Assembly: GCA_043228905.1 (NCBI GenBank)
Contig: JBHGNT010000126.1
Coordinates: 1-64,000 of the forward strand
Reading direction: 5' to 3'
Length of the DNA stretch: 64,000 bases
Source: Azolla caroliniana
Lineage: Eukaryota; Plantae; Polypodiophyta
In this document: piece after piece, positions 1-13,891 of the stretch
Position numbering within the stretch: the stretch's first letter is position 1
Layout of the letters: each line of letters opens with the position of its first letter
Notes under the pieces: model-generated
The model's input: the letters and a program-made list of their open reading frames with translations, nothing else
Told to the model about the DNA's origin: nothing
Databases searched by the model: none
Program-made: the position numbers and the translations under genes

Positions 1-1181
1 AACCAATGTAATCCCTATATTTCTTAAGATAAATTAACTGCCATCGCCATGATTCATCACCGTACTCTGGCTGAAGTTTTATTGTGTGTTGTGTGTTAAG
101 AAGCAATTGTTTTTTGACTTACAATTTCTAGGAAATGGGTAGTGTTCCTTTATATGAAGCTTTAAAATTGTTTATTTATGAAATCGTGTTGGAAATGGAG
201 AGGGTGGAAAGATTTGTACAATGTGAAACTTTTCATCACATTTCTGTGCATATATGAGATCTTGAACATTGAGAAATGATGTGGTATGTGCATCCATGGA
301 TCAACTTGAACATTGGATGACATCAACTATGCTCTTGTCGATAATCTATGACCATTGAACATCATCAACTATGTTCCTGTTGATCATTAAGTATGACCAA
401 ATCCCAATGATGTTTTAAAACTTTGAAAATTACTAGAAAATGTATATGGCACTCATTGGTATATTCTATCTTGTGAATAAGATAGAATCCACAACCTTTT
501 TAGCATCAGAATACATACTTCTGCAAAGATATTATATGTTGTAAGGGTGTGAAATCTTTCATACCTTTCATTGTTTATTAGGAGCATATCCATAGATGGG
601 CACAATCAAACTGAATTTGTAAATAACACCAATCAATAATATGATCTCGAGCCAAACCCCTTAGTATTGGGGGTAAATCAATGTATTTGCAATCATATTC
701 ATAATGTTTGGGAAATGTTACGCTAATCAAGTATGTTCTTTTAGGACCATTACAGAATTGAGAAGCCTTAAGAATATTTAGAAGCTAGTGTAACATACCC
801 AAAGTTTGACATACAACCATGCTGCTGTTACTTATTTCCCTACCAGAGTTACTGTAGTAATTAGTAATGCAGATGAGAATGAGCGGGTGCGGGAATAAAG
901 AATGCCAATTGGGCATTTGAATTTAAGAAATTTCGATACAATAGGTTGGGCTAAAGTTTGTAGAAAGGTTGTGGTAGTTGCTTTGGTCTTTAAGACCATA
1001 TGTACATTGAATAAAATTTGTGTATGGAAGAAGATCAAGTGGGTAGTTCAGTCATTCCAGGCCCAGTGCCTGGTAAGCCATAGGTTGGCAGTTCAACTCC
1101 CACCCACCATCGTTTCAACTTGCAAATGGACATGCAAGACAAGATAATAAAATGAAATAAACATTTTGATTTGAATTTTCA

Positions 1182-4100
1182 TCAGAAGTTGGCACTCTTT
1201 TTAGACATCAACTTCCTTGCACCTTGAAGGGTCTTGATTGTCATGACTAACTGCCCTCTTTCAGCTTCCACCTCCGCAAATTGGAGGCTCATGTTGAAGT
1301 ATCTATCCTTCATATCCTTGAGTTCATCATTGAGCATCAAATTTTTTCTCTTTAAATCTGCCAAATCATCAAGGATTTGCTCTGCACTACCAAGGTTCTG
1401 TAATGCAGCAGTATGAACATTCTGTTGCTGCGAAAAAGCACTAAAGATGAAACAAGCAACAAAGTTAGAAGCAAATCTTGAAGAGAGTGAGTCAGAAAGA
1501 CCATGATTGGAGCTAAAATGGAAAAATTAGTTCCCTACAGATTTTGGTTGATTATCTAATCTCAATCATTTTTCTAAGGTGGTTTTAATTGACTGCGACT
1601 CTGCGATAGCCAACTAATACTTAATTTATACACACAGGTGGTTTTAATTGACTGCAAGTCTGCGATAGCCAACTAATACTAATTTATACACACAAGTGAT
1701 AGCCTGGTATGTTCTTCCGTGGTCCACAAATTCAAACATTCTTTCGACATCCAACAATGTTTACCTTTGAAAAGTGATATTTGAACATTTAATATGCAAA
1801 AACGGAACTAAATTGACATTCATGAAAAATACAAAGATGGGGTAAAATATACTAGTAGGAGATCATTGCATTTATATGACACAACTGGAAGATATGTTTT
1901 TTGCTCCATCCCTACATAGACTTCATTGAATATATATACCTTTGAAGCTGTTTCTTGTACATGTTATTTGCCTCCAAAACTTCTGCAAGCTCAACCTCCA
2001 AGCTAGAAATTTTTTTCAGGATACTATCACTAGTTGCTGCAGCACTGAATTTAGAGAGTGCGTTGTCAAGTTCTTTTTTTTCCTGAATGTTAAATCAGTT
2101 GAATGTATAAGTTTTAGTTTAGACAATCAAGTAGCCAAAAGTAGAAAGCAAATCGTAGCAACATGAGATTACATACCTCTTTTACATTTTCCAGTTCACG
2201 TTGCAAAGATTCATGTAAACATAATTTTGCAAGAAGCTCAACCTGTCGCTCAGAAAGTACAGCATTTTGGTTCTGGAGACTGTCAAGCTGCAAAATTCAA
2301 ACGCAATCTAAGCTTTTTTGAAGACATAGATCCAATAAGAAAAATAATTACATAACCCAAAATACAAACGAGGATGGATGCATGGTATTACAAATATTAG
2401 AGTTTGGAGCACATTGAGAATCAATTTACTAATATACTGAATATTTCTCAAGAGGATTCATGATGTTATTGTTTTAACTTTCGAGCTATACATTTCAGTC
2501 TGACGCTTGAAAGTTCCACCGTGCATCAGTCAATATGTCTAGGAGCATTTCATTACAAAAACATTTCTTACTAATATCAGCATACAATGCAGATCATTAA
2601 CCACTTTACCTCTTGCAAGATTTTATCCAAATTCGAATTGGAACATTCTTTCATGAGCTGTTTGTTAGCAAGTTCAAGGTGTTCAATCCTCAAGGAAAGC
2701 TGAGAATATTGTTCCTTTAATCGTTGCTTTGATATCTCCAGTTCATCTGCTTTCTTCTTCACCTCGCCCTAACAAAAGTCCAAATATTTTGAATGGTTAG
2801 GTAAAAGCACGAGAACACCTCAAACTTTTGGATGTCTACCAGGATACCAAGGTTTCCAGAAATTAGAAGAACATCAATTTATAGTAGTAAATTTTGCATT
2901 GCATAGGGGGTACACTAATGTATTCTGGTAAACATCCAAATATCAGGGGTTTTTTATTGGTGTTCTCTTAGATAAAAGAGGATCATAGACTAAGACTATG
3001 CATATCCTGTTATAAAGTCACCTCTAAAAGCTTGACTTTCTCTCGCAAATCAGCTGCTTCTTTTGCTTCTCGAGTTGGAGGTAGATTAGATAATGGACCA
3101 ACCTTGTTGCTCTCCCTTGAAAGATACCTTGCAATGTGAGAAACAGGGCTTCCACCATTGATGGAAGATGCTTCCTTATCTCTCAGTTTCTTCTGTGATA
3201 AAACAAGTGCATTTGTCTGATGTGCTAGTTCCTCTTCCAAAGAGTAAATCCTCTTCTTAAGATCTTCCCTTTCAACGTCCTGTTCAGAGAGTTTGCGTTG
3301 ATTCTCAGCAATTTGTTTCTTCAGTTTACTTACTTCATTGTTTCTCTCTTTAAAGTTTGCGTCCTCTTGGGACTGCAACCTCTCTTTTAACGCTGTCAGC
3401 TCTTCTACAGTATTTTCTAAAGATACCTCTACTTTGTCTTTTTCTTTCTTCAAGGAGGCAAGAGACTTCTTTGTTGCTTCTTTCTCCTTTTTGTGAAATT
3501 CACATTCAGCACTTTTGTTTCTTACCTCAGATACCATCTTCGCATATGTCTTCTCTTTATCTAGCTCTGAAACTGTGCATTTTGCCTCCAATTCCATTAT
3601 TTTCTGTGAACAATCTAAGTTTTCATCTTTCAAAAGCTTGGATTCCTTCATGACCTCTTCCAAATGTTTCTTCATATTTAACTCAGTCAACATAGCTTCA
3701 TGCAGCTTCAGTTCCAACTCCTCTTTCATGGTTGAAGCTTCATTCTTGACCACATCCAAGATCTCTTGCGATTTTTGAAGAGCTTCCTCTAGCTCAACCT
3801 TTTGAGCTTTCAGGATTAATACATCTGAAAGGGTCTGCATTTGTTTGCTCTCACAATCAGAGACATCTCTCATCAACTGATTTAATCTCTCTTGTGATCT
3901 TGTCAGCTTTTCTTCCAGTTCAGCCTTTTCTTTGTTTGCATTATCAGAGGATAGATATTGGTCAATAATTTCTTGTTTCTGCTTGACTAACACTTGAAGA
4001 GAGGCAATCTCATTGGCAGCACCATTGTATTGCTCTTCATGATCCATAACTTCTTTCTCTAATTTCATAATGTTTTCCAAAAGCTTCGCCACTTGAGTTT

Positions 4101-7100
4101 GCAAATTTGCTTTCTGACCTTCAAGTTCTGATATTGTTTGTTCCAAATGGTTTCTAACCTCTGAATCAGATTCCAATTCACCTTCTAGTTCCCTTATTTC
4201 ATTCACCAATGTATTTGTGTTTTCCCGGGCCCACTCTATATCCTCTTGAGCATTCTTTAATTTCTCTGACAGCTCATCATTGAATATTTGCAAACCTTTC
4301 GAGATTGTTTCAAGTGCAGATTTGGAAGATTTAAGGGAAACTATGGTTTCTTCTAAAACAGACACATTCTCCTCTAACTCTCTGATTTGAGATTGGCAAG
4401 TTTTGTTCTCTTCTTGTAACTTGTGAATCTTGTTCTCCATTTCCTTCTCATGGTTTTTGAATTCCACTATTTCATCCTCCCGTGCTTTTAGTTGAGTTAG
4501 ATTCACGTTCATCTTTTCAATAAGCCCTGAGTATTTAGCTTCATCATCGCCACACCTTTGCAAAAGCTCCACACTCTTTAGCTCTTCCAGAGTTAGCTTC
4601 TCCTGTAAAATGCCATTAAAGCTCTTCACTTGAGCGATTATGGCTTCTGCTTCTTTTTTTGCTTCTAGCAAATTGGACATCTGTTCTTCTAGAACTATCT
4701 TTTCTGCCTTTGTACATGAGATTAGCTGTAGTGATTCCTTATATTTGCTATCTGTAGATGAAAGACGTTCCTGAGTATCTGCTAGTTGCTTCTTTAAGGT
4801 TGTGAAATCATGATCCTTCTCTCTCAAGCTTCTATTTGTCGTCTCTAGTTCTTCCACTTGCTGTAAGACATTCTTGCGGTCTTCCTCGGCTTTGGTTGCT
4901 TTCTCCTTGAGCAATCTGAGCTGCCCTTGTTGCGATGAAAGCAAAGATTTCTCTCTTTCATGACTCTCATTCTCCATTTTTAAGGATTCCACCTCATTCA
5001 ACAAATTCAAAGTCTGCTGTTGAAAGACCTGAATCTCTTCCTTTTGCCCATCGTTCTCCCTTTTCAGAGCCTGAACCTCCATCAACACCTCAGAAGTATG
5101 CTCATCTAGGCTTTGAATTTCGGTTTCCAAGCGTATGTTCTTGGAACGAAGCATCATAACCGAAGAGTTTAAATCATCAATAAATGTCCTGCTGCTGGCC
5201 AGCTTGATTTCATAAGATTCTTCACACTCTTTCAATTTTTCCCTCATTTCGCATACTGTTTCTCTAAGTTTTTCTACTTCAGCTTCATCGTTTTCATTGC
5301 TTTTGCTACCGATCTTCATCCTTAGCTCTGTAATTGCACTTTCTAGCTGAGAAATTGTGATGTCCCGTACTTTGGCTTTGTCATTCGACTGCTTCAACTG
5401 GGATATAAGATTCATATTTTCCTCTGTAAGTTCCTTTGAATCACATTCGAGCTCCTCTAATTCTTTCTTAAGGGCATCTACAGTATTTTTTAGGTTTTCA
5501 TTTGCAATTTCCAGACCTCTTAAATCTGAACTTTGAAGCTCTGCATCCTTCTTTTCCTGCAATGCCTTCTCAAGGTCCTGAATTTCTAATAGCAATTCTG
5601 AATTTGAATCCTGGGTCTTTCTTAGCTGAAGTGTCAAATTTGAGTTCACATTCTTCTCATACTCTAATTCTTCTTGTAATTCATCACAACTCCTGATTTG
5701 TTCAATACCCATCAGATTCAGTTTGCTTGCACACAATGACTTCTCCTTCTCCCATTTGAGACTCTCTTGTTCTTCGGATAATGTAGTAACCATCTTTTGC
5801 AATCCTTCATTCTTAGTTATTTCTTCTACAAGCTGCCTCTTTAGTGCACGAATCTCTATATCCATCTCCTTAGTTTCGTCATCCCTCAAAACAGCTTTTG
5901 ATTTTATAGTTCTCATTATTGCTGAATCAGCAGCCTCTATATCTTTGCTTTTGTAATCACTCCATTCAGTTAAAGCTAACATCTCATCGCAACTGGAATC
6001 ACTTGACAGTGGTGATTGGATTTTTGAATCTATGCCAGTCATCCCAGGGTAGTATTGAAAACCATTCGGCTCCTGATAGCTACTTATAGAGCTCGAAGGT
6101 GACATGAATACCTCATCCCCCTCTCTCGCAATGTGAAACCGAGATTCACTACGGTCTGGGGTTAGAGGAACCTCAATTGAATCTATACTGTAGCGAGGAG
6201 GAAAACAATCATCCTACAAGAAGCAGAAAAACATTCTGACTGTTTTTAGTAGGAATCATCATTAGTGCAATGCAATTAATAATGCCAATTATTTGTAGAA
6301 GCCCTCTGTTTTTCATTCAAGTGGGATCATATCACCTCAACTGCCCGTACATTACAAGGACAGATGTTACAACTCACTCATGCAATAATGGAGACAATCA
6401 GGCCAGAGGGCCATTTGCTCATGGAAGACCATTTGATTGGCCATAATATAGATAGTTATGGTCTTGACGTAAGCCTAAGCTAAATGGTAAAAATAGGATT
6501 CAGGTGGCCTGAAATTAAGGTTAACTTGTATACCTAATTGTGTAACCCTTAAAGTTAAGTCTAGATCGTGGTTATTAGCTAACCAGATTTTGGCAAAACT
6601 AATCACCATCAGCGAGCCTCTGGGTTAATTAATGTCATTAATGGATGACTGTGTGTATGCTCATATCCTCTTCTCAGAGATTAAAAGTATAATACTAACC
6701 TTATCTTCCATTGCATTACTTTCAAACCCATCATGCAGAGGAACTTCATTAGATGAATTCTCCCCCTCATCTTCAAGCTCCCTGAGAGATATTATGAATG
6801 TGATTACATATACATTATTTGCTTGCATCAAAAGCATAAACATAATAGAGTAACAAGATTAGATTTCATACCTATTAACGTCCTTCTGCATGTCACGTTT
6901 TATCTTAACCTATCCAGAAAAATCCATATAAAGATCCATTAAGATTCACATTGTGTAACCGTATCATCATCATATCATGTACGCTTCATGAACTATGACT
7001 CACATGTAAAAGGCTGCCAAAATTACAATTTTGCAACGGTAAGGACAAGGAAACTGGTACATGGGCCAGAGTATATTCTGTCATATCAATGGTGGCCTCT

Positions 7101-8020
7101 CCGAGAATGCCGAACCGAGATAAACCCTGAAATTTTAAAGAGAACAATGATGTGATCTTTCATTCCAAATAACCTCCAGACTTTACTTGAATCACATCAA
7201 TGATAAAATCTTTCACGCCAAGATGACTACATATTAAAAATCTAGCCTAGTGGCAACAAGATCCACTTCAACAGGCAGAAATTAAGTCTGGGTAACTCTG
7301 CATAGAACCACAATTTTATAAAGATCTTTACTAGCATTTCAACCCCAAGATAATTAGACTTGCTTCTGCAGTAAAAGCAACATAATTTACCATAGAAATC
7401 ACCTGTTTATAAAACTCTTTATTTCCATTCAAAATACAAATATTCAATAAAGCAGAAGGTCATTTTGAATATAAATTGCAAGAACAAACGAAGACCATCC
7501 ATCCCTTAAGCAATGCAAACCACGACATTTAACTTGATCTCCTAAGGCATGAACTTTGCAAGAAAAATTACCATAGAGACCACCAGTCTATATAGCTTTT
7601 TATCAGAACTTTTGCCATCAATATCCCGAGAAAGAAATGTGGATTCGAACACAGGATCTGACCAGAAACAAGACCCGTTTTTCACTATCGCTTTCCCTGT
7701 TTTGGCAATAACTTTTCCTGTTTCAACTGAGACCAAAGATACCAAGAGTTTGTCCCATCCTCGCCGGGGAACCTACAATATCATATCATCCAATAACTTG
7801 ACCACATTTTCATCTAAGAACCTCACTAATGTAGCATACATTAGCTTGGCCATGTTCACCAGACTTAATATCCAATCACTTGACTACATTTTCATGCATG
7901 CAACATGAGATTATGCGACCCAAATGGAGTGCACTTATAACTTACCTTCGTAGCATGAAATTCAAGCTTAAAAGTAACTTTCTCCTTTGTTTTAAAAGGC
8001 TTCTTTTGAGAGGACTTCAT
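1182..8020 (-). CDS. NT-type C2 (EEIG1/EHBP1 N-terminal) domain, myosin-heavy-chain-like coiled-coil protein, ~1460 aa, 10 exons
   Basis: Exons read by hand with GT-AG junctions and consistent phases: 8020-7946, 7772-7572, 7126-7004, 6909-6872, 6781-6700, 6213-3022, 2768-2610, 2287-2177, 2082-1940, 1440-1182 (4383 nt). The N-terminus 'EKVTFKLEFHATKVPRRGWDKLLVSLVSVETGKVIAKTGKAIVKNGSCFWSDPVFES...GILGEATIDM' is the plant NT-C2 signature, followed by a long E/K/L heptad coiled coil. The C-terminal 'ELAEVLEANNMYKKQL' and 'ELKDMKDRYFNMSLQFAEVEAERGQLVMTIK' motifs are typical of this plant family. Confidence 0.9.
1578..1694. repeat. ~59-bp tandem duplication in the last intron of the NT-C2 gene
   Basis: GGTGGTTTTAATTGACTGC...GCGATAGCCAACTAATAC(T)TAATTTATACACACA occurs twice head to tail with a few mismatches. 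Confidence 0.85.
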
Positions 8021-8279
8021 CGTATTGAAGAAGATCAGACGACCCAAACGCTCAGCTATAATTCCAATTAATTAACCTTCATATCTATCTAGAGCTTGAA
8101 CAATTAATGTACGTGAGCCAATTTGGGCACAACGTGGATTTCTGATCTGAGGTTAGAACCGTGTATAAAGAAAAAAGCCATGGTCTGCAACCAAAGACCG
8201 AATGGATTTGCAATGATGCAAGAATGCAATGGCAGAGAGCCTAAAGCAGCTGGATTTCGATTAAAACTGTAGCCTTCAC

Positions 8280-8281
<2 letters not shown>

Positions 8282-8319
<38 letters not shown>
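8282..8319. repeat. (GA)n microsatellite in the 5' region of the NT-C2 gene
   Basis: A pure GA run ~260 bp upstream of the ATG. It reads (TC)n on the transcribed strand, typical of plant 5'UTRs and promoters. Confidence 0.9.
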
Positions 8320-8321
<2 letters not shown>

Positions 8322-11300
8322 CTTGCTTCTTGGTAATGTTTCCTTTTCTTCCTCCAAACCTTTTGGTTTTGTTGAAGAGAGAGATTGGGACGTTGTGAGC
8401 CCCACCATGAATGAAACACCCCTTTCTTCAAAGTGTTCTTTTGTAAAGACTTTTGTTACAATACTACGGCCTAACGAAAAATGATGACAGTTTATATATA
8501 TATATATATATGTGTACATATATCCTTACAAACAAACAAAAGAATGCAAATGATGCTGTGATGTGGATTGAAGACCTTCAAGGGGATTCAGAGATGACTG
8601 TTGTTGGATATAAGTGTGGTGACATGCAACAGCTATTAGCCTATGATTGCTATGCTATCCCTATATCCCCATATAGGGATATGGATATGGATATAGTATA
8701 GAACTTCCTTCCATCAAACCTTTCCCCCCAATCGTATCAATAAAATTCACCATAGTTATTGTCATATATTCCTTTAATAGGCATCTCATATCTCTCTTTT
8801 TCAGTAGTTCATTTACCAGATAGAGAAGTTTGTCTCTTAATCGAGCCCGTTTTCGATGCCCTAAACACTGGCAATCACATCGTGTCGATATCTACGCCAT
8901 CACCCCTGTAGTTGGATCTTCGTTTTTGTCATGTCCTTTTTTCTCACCTCTACCCTTGTGTCGAGCATTATATATCTATGCCTCAACGCCCACTACTTGT
9001 ATGTATCTCGTGAAAAGTGACATCTTTTAGTTGCTTATGTGCATATGGCATTAGCATTAACTAGCATGATAAAGCCCATAGTTTCCATAGGTTATAAGGA
9101 ATGAATGTCTATCTCGTGGCATGGCAAAAGTAGTCAGTATGAGTTTAAGCAACTATAGCAAGGTAAAAAGAAGCTTCGTGTTGTAGGATGTATCTAAGAG
9201 ATAACTTTGATCTATTTGAGCTCATCAAAATTTAGGGGGGGACACTCCTTAGATTTCCAATTTCATGGTATCATTGTTTCATGCGTAGGGAACATAGTGG
9301 GTGTTGTGACCACATCATACTCCTACTCCTAGTTTGTAACAACTCTATGTTTTCAACCTATTAATTACGTCATACTTACAAGCAACATGTGTGCATTGTT
9401 TATATTATTCACATAGATTATTTGACAAGGGAATAAGTGGGCTTGGTGGGTGGATCTCCAAACACATGCGGCCTAATCAGTAGAGTTCTCTTAACTCTAC
9501 CTTGTTCTTGTTGAGGTTGGGAAGTTTTTGAATATATTTGGCTAAGAAAACACTCAGAACGTGATAACATGTTTCGTATATGTTATAATGCAGCCACACC
9601 AGAACATTTTGGCTTTTTAACACCTCTTGTTATTGGGATTCTCAAAACTCCTAGAAGTTATTGCTTCACCCTTCATGCTTTTGTATTGCTTTTTTGGTTG
9701 TTTCCTTGGAGAAGGAAGCTTATACGTATTGATATATGTATGTAAGGATTGAACGCAAGTGTTTTTAAATTATTATAGTGATTAGGAACATTATGTTTAC
9801 AACAACTAGTAATGTTCGTAACCAATATGTCCAGTCACCAAATTGCACTAGTTACTTTGCATGACTACCTACTAGTATGTTTGGAATTTACATATATTGC
9901 AACAAGATAGCACTCCCATAAAAGTATATTGTTTGTGAAATAATTTCATGAGTGAAAGTAATGTATGCCTTATTATAAGCAAAGATTATGTTGTGTAGAG
10001 AAAAAACTAATGCTCCATTAAAACAATGCATTTGTTATAAAAGTGCAGCTTTTATTGCGGCGTTACGTAATTTTGGGTCAAGACCATGTTTGAAACTAAT
10101 TATTGCAATTTTCTGGACAACATAAAATTATATTTCTTGCACATATTGCTATGTATAAAGAACATCTTCCAAGGATTTGGCCACACTAAAAGATTGTTAA
10201 AGATGTTTCATTATATTCAAATTGTACTATTGTATGTCATCTCTAGGATACAAGATCATTTTAAACATTAACCCATATATATATGGGATGAAATAAATCA
10301 TATATACTTTATTTTTTGCAAAGTACTTGTTTTACACATGGGTGTGATCGATCACCAAGAGTGCGGGAGATCGAGGTCAAGAAAATAATTGCAATACATG
10401 TAGATTATTGACACCTCTCATATGGTGTTCATGTCGAGTAGTGTGATAACAATGTCATCAACAAGCATCGTGTTTCCCTAATTCTATGGTAAACATGAAA
10501 TTGGTGAAGAACTTTATGATTTGATCTATCCCAATGCATAAACATTGTAAAATGTAATCTTCTCATGTGAATTACAAGGTATTTGAAACCTCCCATGCAC
10601 ATGGAATCTTTTGAAAAGTAATATAATCAATACATTCTTTACCATTGTTCAAGGTTTACCAAGTTGTATATTGTTAGTACCTATCTCACTTACCGCCCAC
10701 CTATCATGCAAATACTAGTTTTTCTCGTTCCATGTACAATACCTAATCCTCTTTACTCATGTTATTTCATTGAAGGAAACTATGCACGTATGAAGACCAT
10801 GTGTCTTTGTCGAGCATTGTGCAATTCACTATTTATGTTCCATAGTTTAATGTGAACAATTTGCTTGCACATAACAAAGGTCATGTGACAAGACTTCTAA
10901 TTTTCAATTCACTTTTATGTTTCTTAGTTTCATGAGAGCATTTTGCTTGCACATAACAAGATCATGTCATAGGACTTATAAATTGTTATTTCTACCTTAA
11001 ACTTGAAGGGTTCCATATTAATCATGCTTTCTAAACCTTAAACCTAAAGGAGTTGAGTGTGCCATCTTGAAATTCCTTTTGCTTATGAATAAAATGTTTT
11101 TCTTCCATTATCTTCAATTGCTTTTAGATGTTGTTATAGGGATAGAAAATATTGATATGTCTAGTTATGTTGAGCATGTTTATTTCGGCCTAAACTTTTT
11201 GTCAATGAAAGTTGTCCCATGAGCATGTAACCACAAAAGAATGTATTTCCATGAAGTTGTTAAAGCTAAAATTAATTCATTAAGCTGCAACAAATGGAAT

Positions 11301-11670
11301 AGTAATGTTGTTGTCTATAACAATTACTTTATTCGGAAATGACAATGTCAATAACAGCATGAAAATCAAGTTTTAATATATTCAATGAAATCCCAAGTAT
11401 CTACATACATTACTGAAAACCAACTTGATGCATATGAGGTACAGAGGATCATGGATGATACTAACATTTCTTGCTTGAAAGATATAAGCACATACATAAA
11501 TGATGCCTAACCATAGAAAGATAAACTTTGTGCTTCATAATGTTATATGTGTTTAACCAACCACGCGCCTCAATAATACATATTTAGGTACCATATGCAT
11601 TGTAAGGATAGATAATTCAGTTTTTAAACTTGTTCTAGAGTATCTATTGTTGCTTAAAGTAGACGACTGT

Positions 11671-11884
11671 GAAATTTTTAGTGGAAAAAAATGGGGTTGG
11701 TTACAATCACTCATGAATAGGGATGTGGGCCCCTCGACAACAAAGGCCAGGATCATCCTATACTTTTTTCTCTTTTCTCTTGAAGTAGACGAAATTTTTA
11801 GTGGAAAGAAATGGGGTTGGTTACAATCACTCATGAATAGGGATGTGGGCCCCTCGACAACAAAGGCAAGGATCATCCTATACT
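11671..11884. repeat. Direct repeat (~94-bp core, 120-bp period)
   Basis: GAAATTTTTAGTGGAAA...GGATCATCCTATACT at 11671 and 11791, nearly identical. It accounts for the repeated peptides in ORFs 11553-11876 and 11647-11991. Confidence 0.9.
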
Positions 11885-11999
11885 CTATGTGCCCAATGTT
11901 GATTTATATATGCTCAAAAGTACAGGTGAAAATGTTTGAGACATCTCACCATATTCTTCTTTTTCCAAAAAAAAACACTACTTCGCATTAGTTAGCTAA

Positions 12000-13100
12000 C
12001 AAAGTACATCAAAGACCATCAAATTTCAACAAAACTCACTTTGGCCTTCTCACCAAAATGATCATAGTCAACACCCCCTCATTTACAACAAAAGTATCCC
12101 ATCAACTCTTTTAACATGGTAATTAACTTGTAACACAACTATACATATTTATAGCCCTTGATCACTAATGGAAGCCATTGGCAGAAACAACTATCTAGGT
12201 GCTTGGTAGTTCCATTTAGGCCCTGATGATGATCTAACCACCATAGGAGAACTGCTCCATTTCAGTATAAACTTTGATCGAGCTCTTTCTGCTTCAATCT
12301 CACCATACTTCTTATATGAGTTCATTCTAATAGATCTATATATAGGCAAGAGCATAGAAGTAAGATAGTACATGATGCAAGAGATGAGTCTATGAAAGGG
12401 ATATGAGAATTATATGGGAGCCTATAATAAGAAACAAAACCATGGTTACGACAATTTTACAAAGAATGTTAATGACTAGTCACCTCCAATACTTGGTTAC
12501 TTCATCTTTCTCGAGCATGCAAATCCATAAGATAAAAATATTGTCTAGAATTATACACCATGTTTGAAAAAACAACTTTTCACTAGTCGTAGTAGTTGGC
12601 AAGAATGCAAGTATAATTTTACATAAACATTGTGGTTGCTTTCCAGGCCCTTTCTAACGTTAGTCGGTGTAGTTGGACAATAATCCACATGACATTACTA
12701 ATAAATACCATAACATCCATTATTGCAAAGGCATAGGCTTCATGGCCAATATTAAAGCCCAATTTTCGTGGATTCAAGGGCAGGATATGTCGGAACCTAC
12801 TTTGTCCACGAGTTCCCTATGTCATCCTTAGTTTGATCATCAAACTTCAAAAGTAAATAAAAATATTGAGGACAACTTTGAGTTTATATTGCCAATAAGC
12901 CCATTAAAAGGTTCACGATAAATAGGGAGTACACACTTTTCCAAGGGACGTGCAAGAAATGTTGTTATTGAATGAGATAATGTTAAGATTGTTGAAGATA
13001 GAGTGTATTTACATGCCAATCATAATAGGCATAATCACGTTTTTTTCTTTAGTTAAAAAGTAAATTTACATACCCCTCAAATTTCCAAAACTTATATGCA
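12000..13100 (-). mobile_element. Highly decayed LINE (L1-like) ORF2 3' remnant
   Basis: Broken minus-strand peptides (e.g. 'RARSKFILKWSSSPMVV...PKWNYQAP') loosely resemble the C-terminal end of the LINE at 34.8-41 kb. There is no intact RT motif, and the boundaries are approximate. Confidence 0.3.
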
Positions 13101-13261
13101 AACACGTGTGCAATTCACTTGGTGTTGTAGTGAACCTTTCACACAATCTTCTCAATGATGTTCATATTCATTTTTCTTTTCTAGAAGAAATTTATTGTTT
13201 CTAAGGATAATAAGATGATGATTAAAGATTTCATAATTTTCAAGGATTTATCTTCCAAACC

Positions 13262-13567
13262 TTGCTCATAAGGATCATTGAAAGGGAGTTTGATTCAGAT
13301 CCATGTCTTGTGGCTATTCTAGTGGATGCATATGCTAAATGTGGCATTTTTGAAGATGCTACTACAGTAATTGGACTACTTCTGGATGCAAACACCCTTG
13401 TAAGTTTGCTAAAGGACTGTGGCAGTGTAGTGGTAGCTTATAAGGGCATAGAAATTCACAATGAAATTGTGAGATTGTTGGAAGACAATATTGAGCTTGG
13501 GAATGCTTTGGTGGACATGTATGCAAAATGTGGCCAGCTTGGAAAAAACCGAAAAAAAATTCAATGA
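13262..13567 (+). pseudogene. PLS-class pentatricopeptide repeat (PPR) gene fragment
   Basis: 'LVAILVDAYAKCGIFEDA' and 'ELGNALVDMYAKCGQL' are canonical PLS-PPR motifs. The fragment is short, internally deleted and has no credible start. Confidence 0.8.
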
Positions 13568-13891
13568 TCTTTCAGATCGGGTGTTGTGGGATAGAGTGGC
13601 TTCAATAGTTGCACAATCTCTACGGAAAACATAGCATTGTAGCTGATGTGCCTTTTTTTAAACTAATGGAAGGATATTTTGTTTAAAAAATTAAAAAATT
13701 TGATATTTAAACTAAACACATGAGATCTCAACATTTTTAAGAATTCAAAATGAAACTATTGGATTAAACTATGCTTCTTGTCTAAACTTCTTGGCTTTTA
13801 TTTGTCATTGCAAGAGTGTAATGTTTTGAAATGGGGAGCATATCACCATCATAGCCTTGAAGACAAGTGTTAAAGGCCAAAATTTATAGAG

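Noticed and set aside
1-1147. Short ORFs and possible PPR debris at the window start
   Set aside because: No convincing motif. The ORFs at 832-1147 overlap the likely 3'UTR of the NT-C2 gene.
3357-5956. Several plus-strand ORFs
   Set aside because: They are antisense shadows of the large coiled-coil exon and have no independent features.
9900-11500. Possible hAT transposase relic
   Set aside because: Only faint motif echoes (LDPR-like, WP-like) and no usable reading frame or termini.
11553-11991. ORFs with internally repeated peptides
   Set aside because: They are explained by the 120-bp direct repeat, with no recognisable domain or splice structure.
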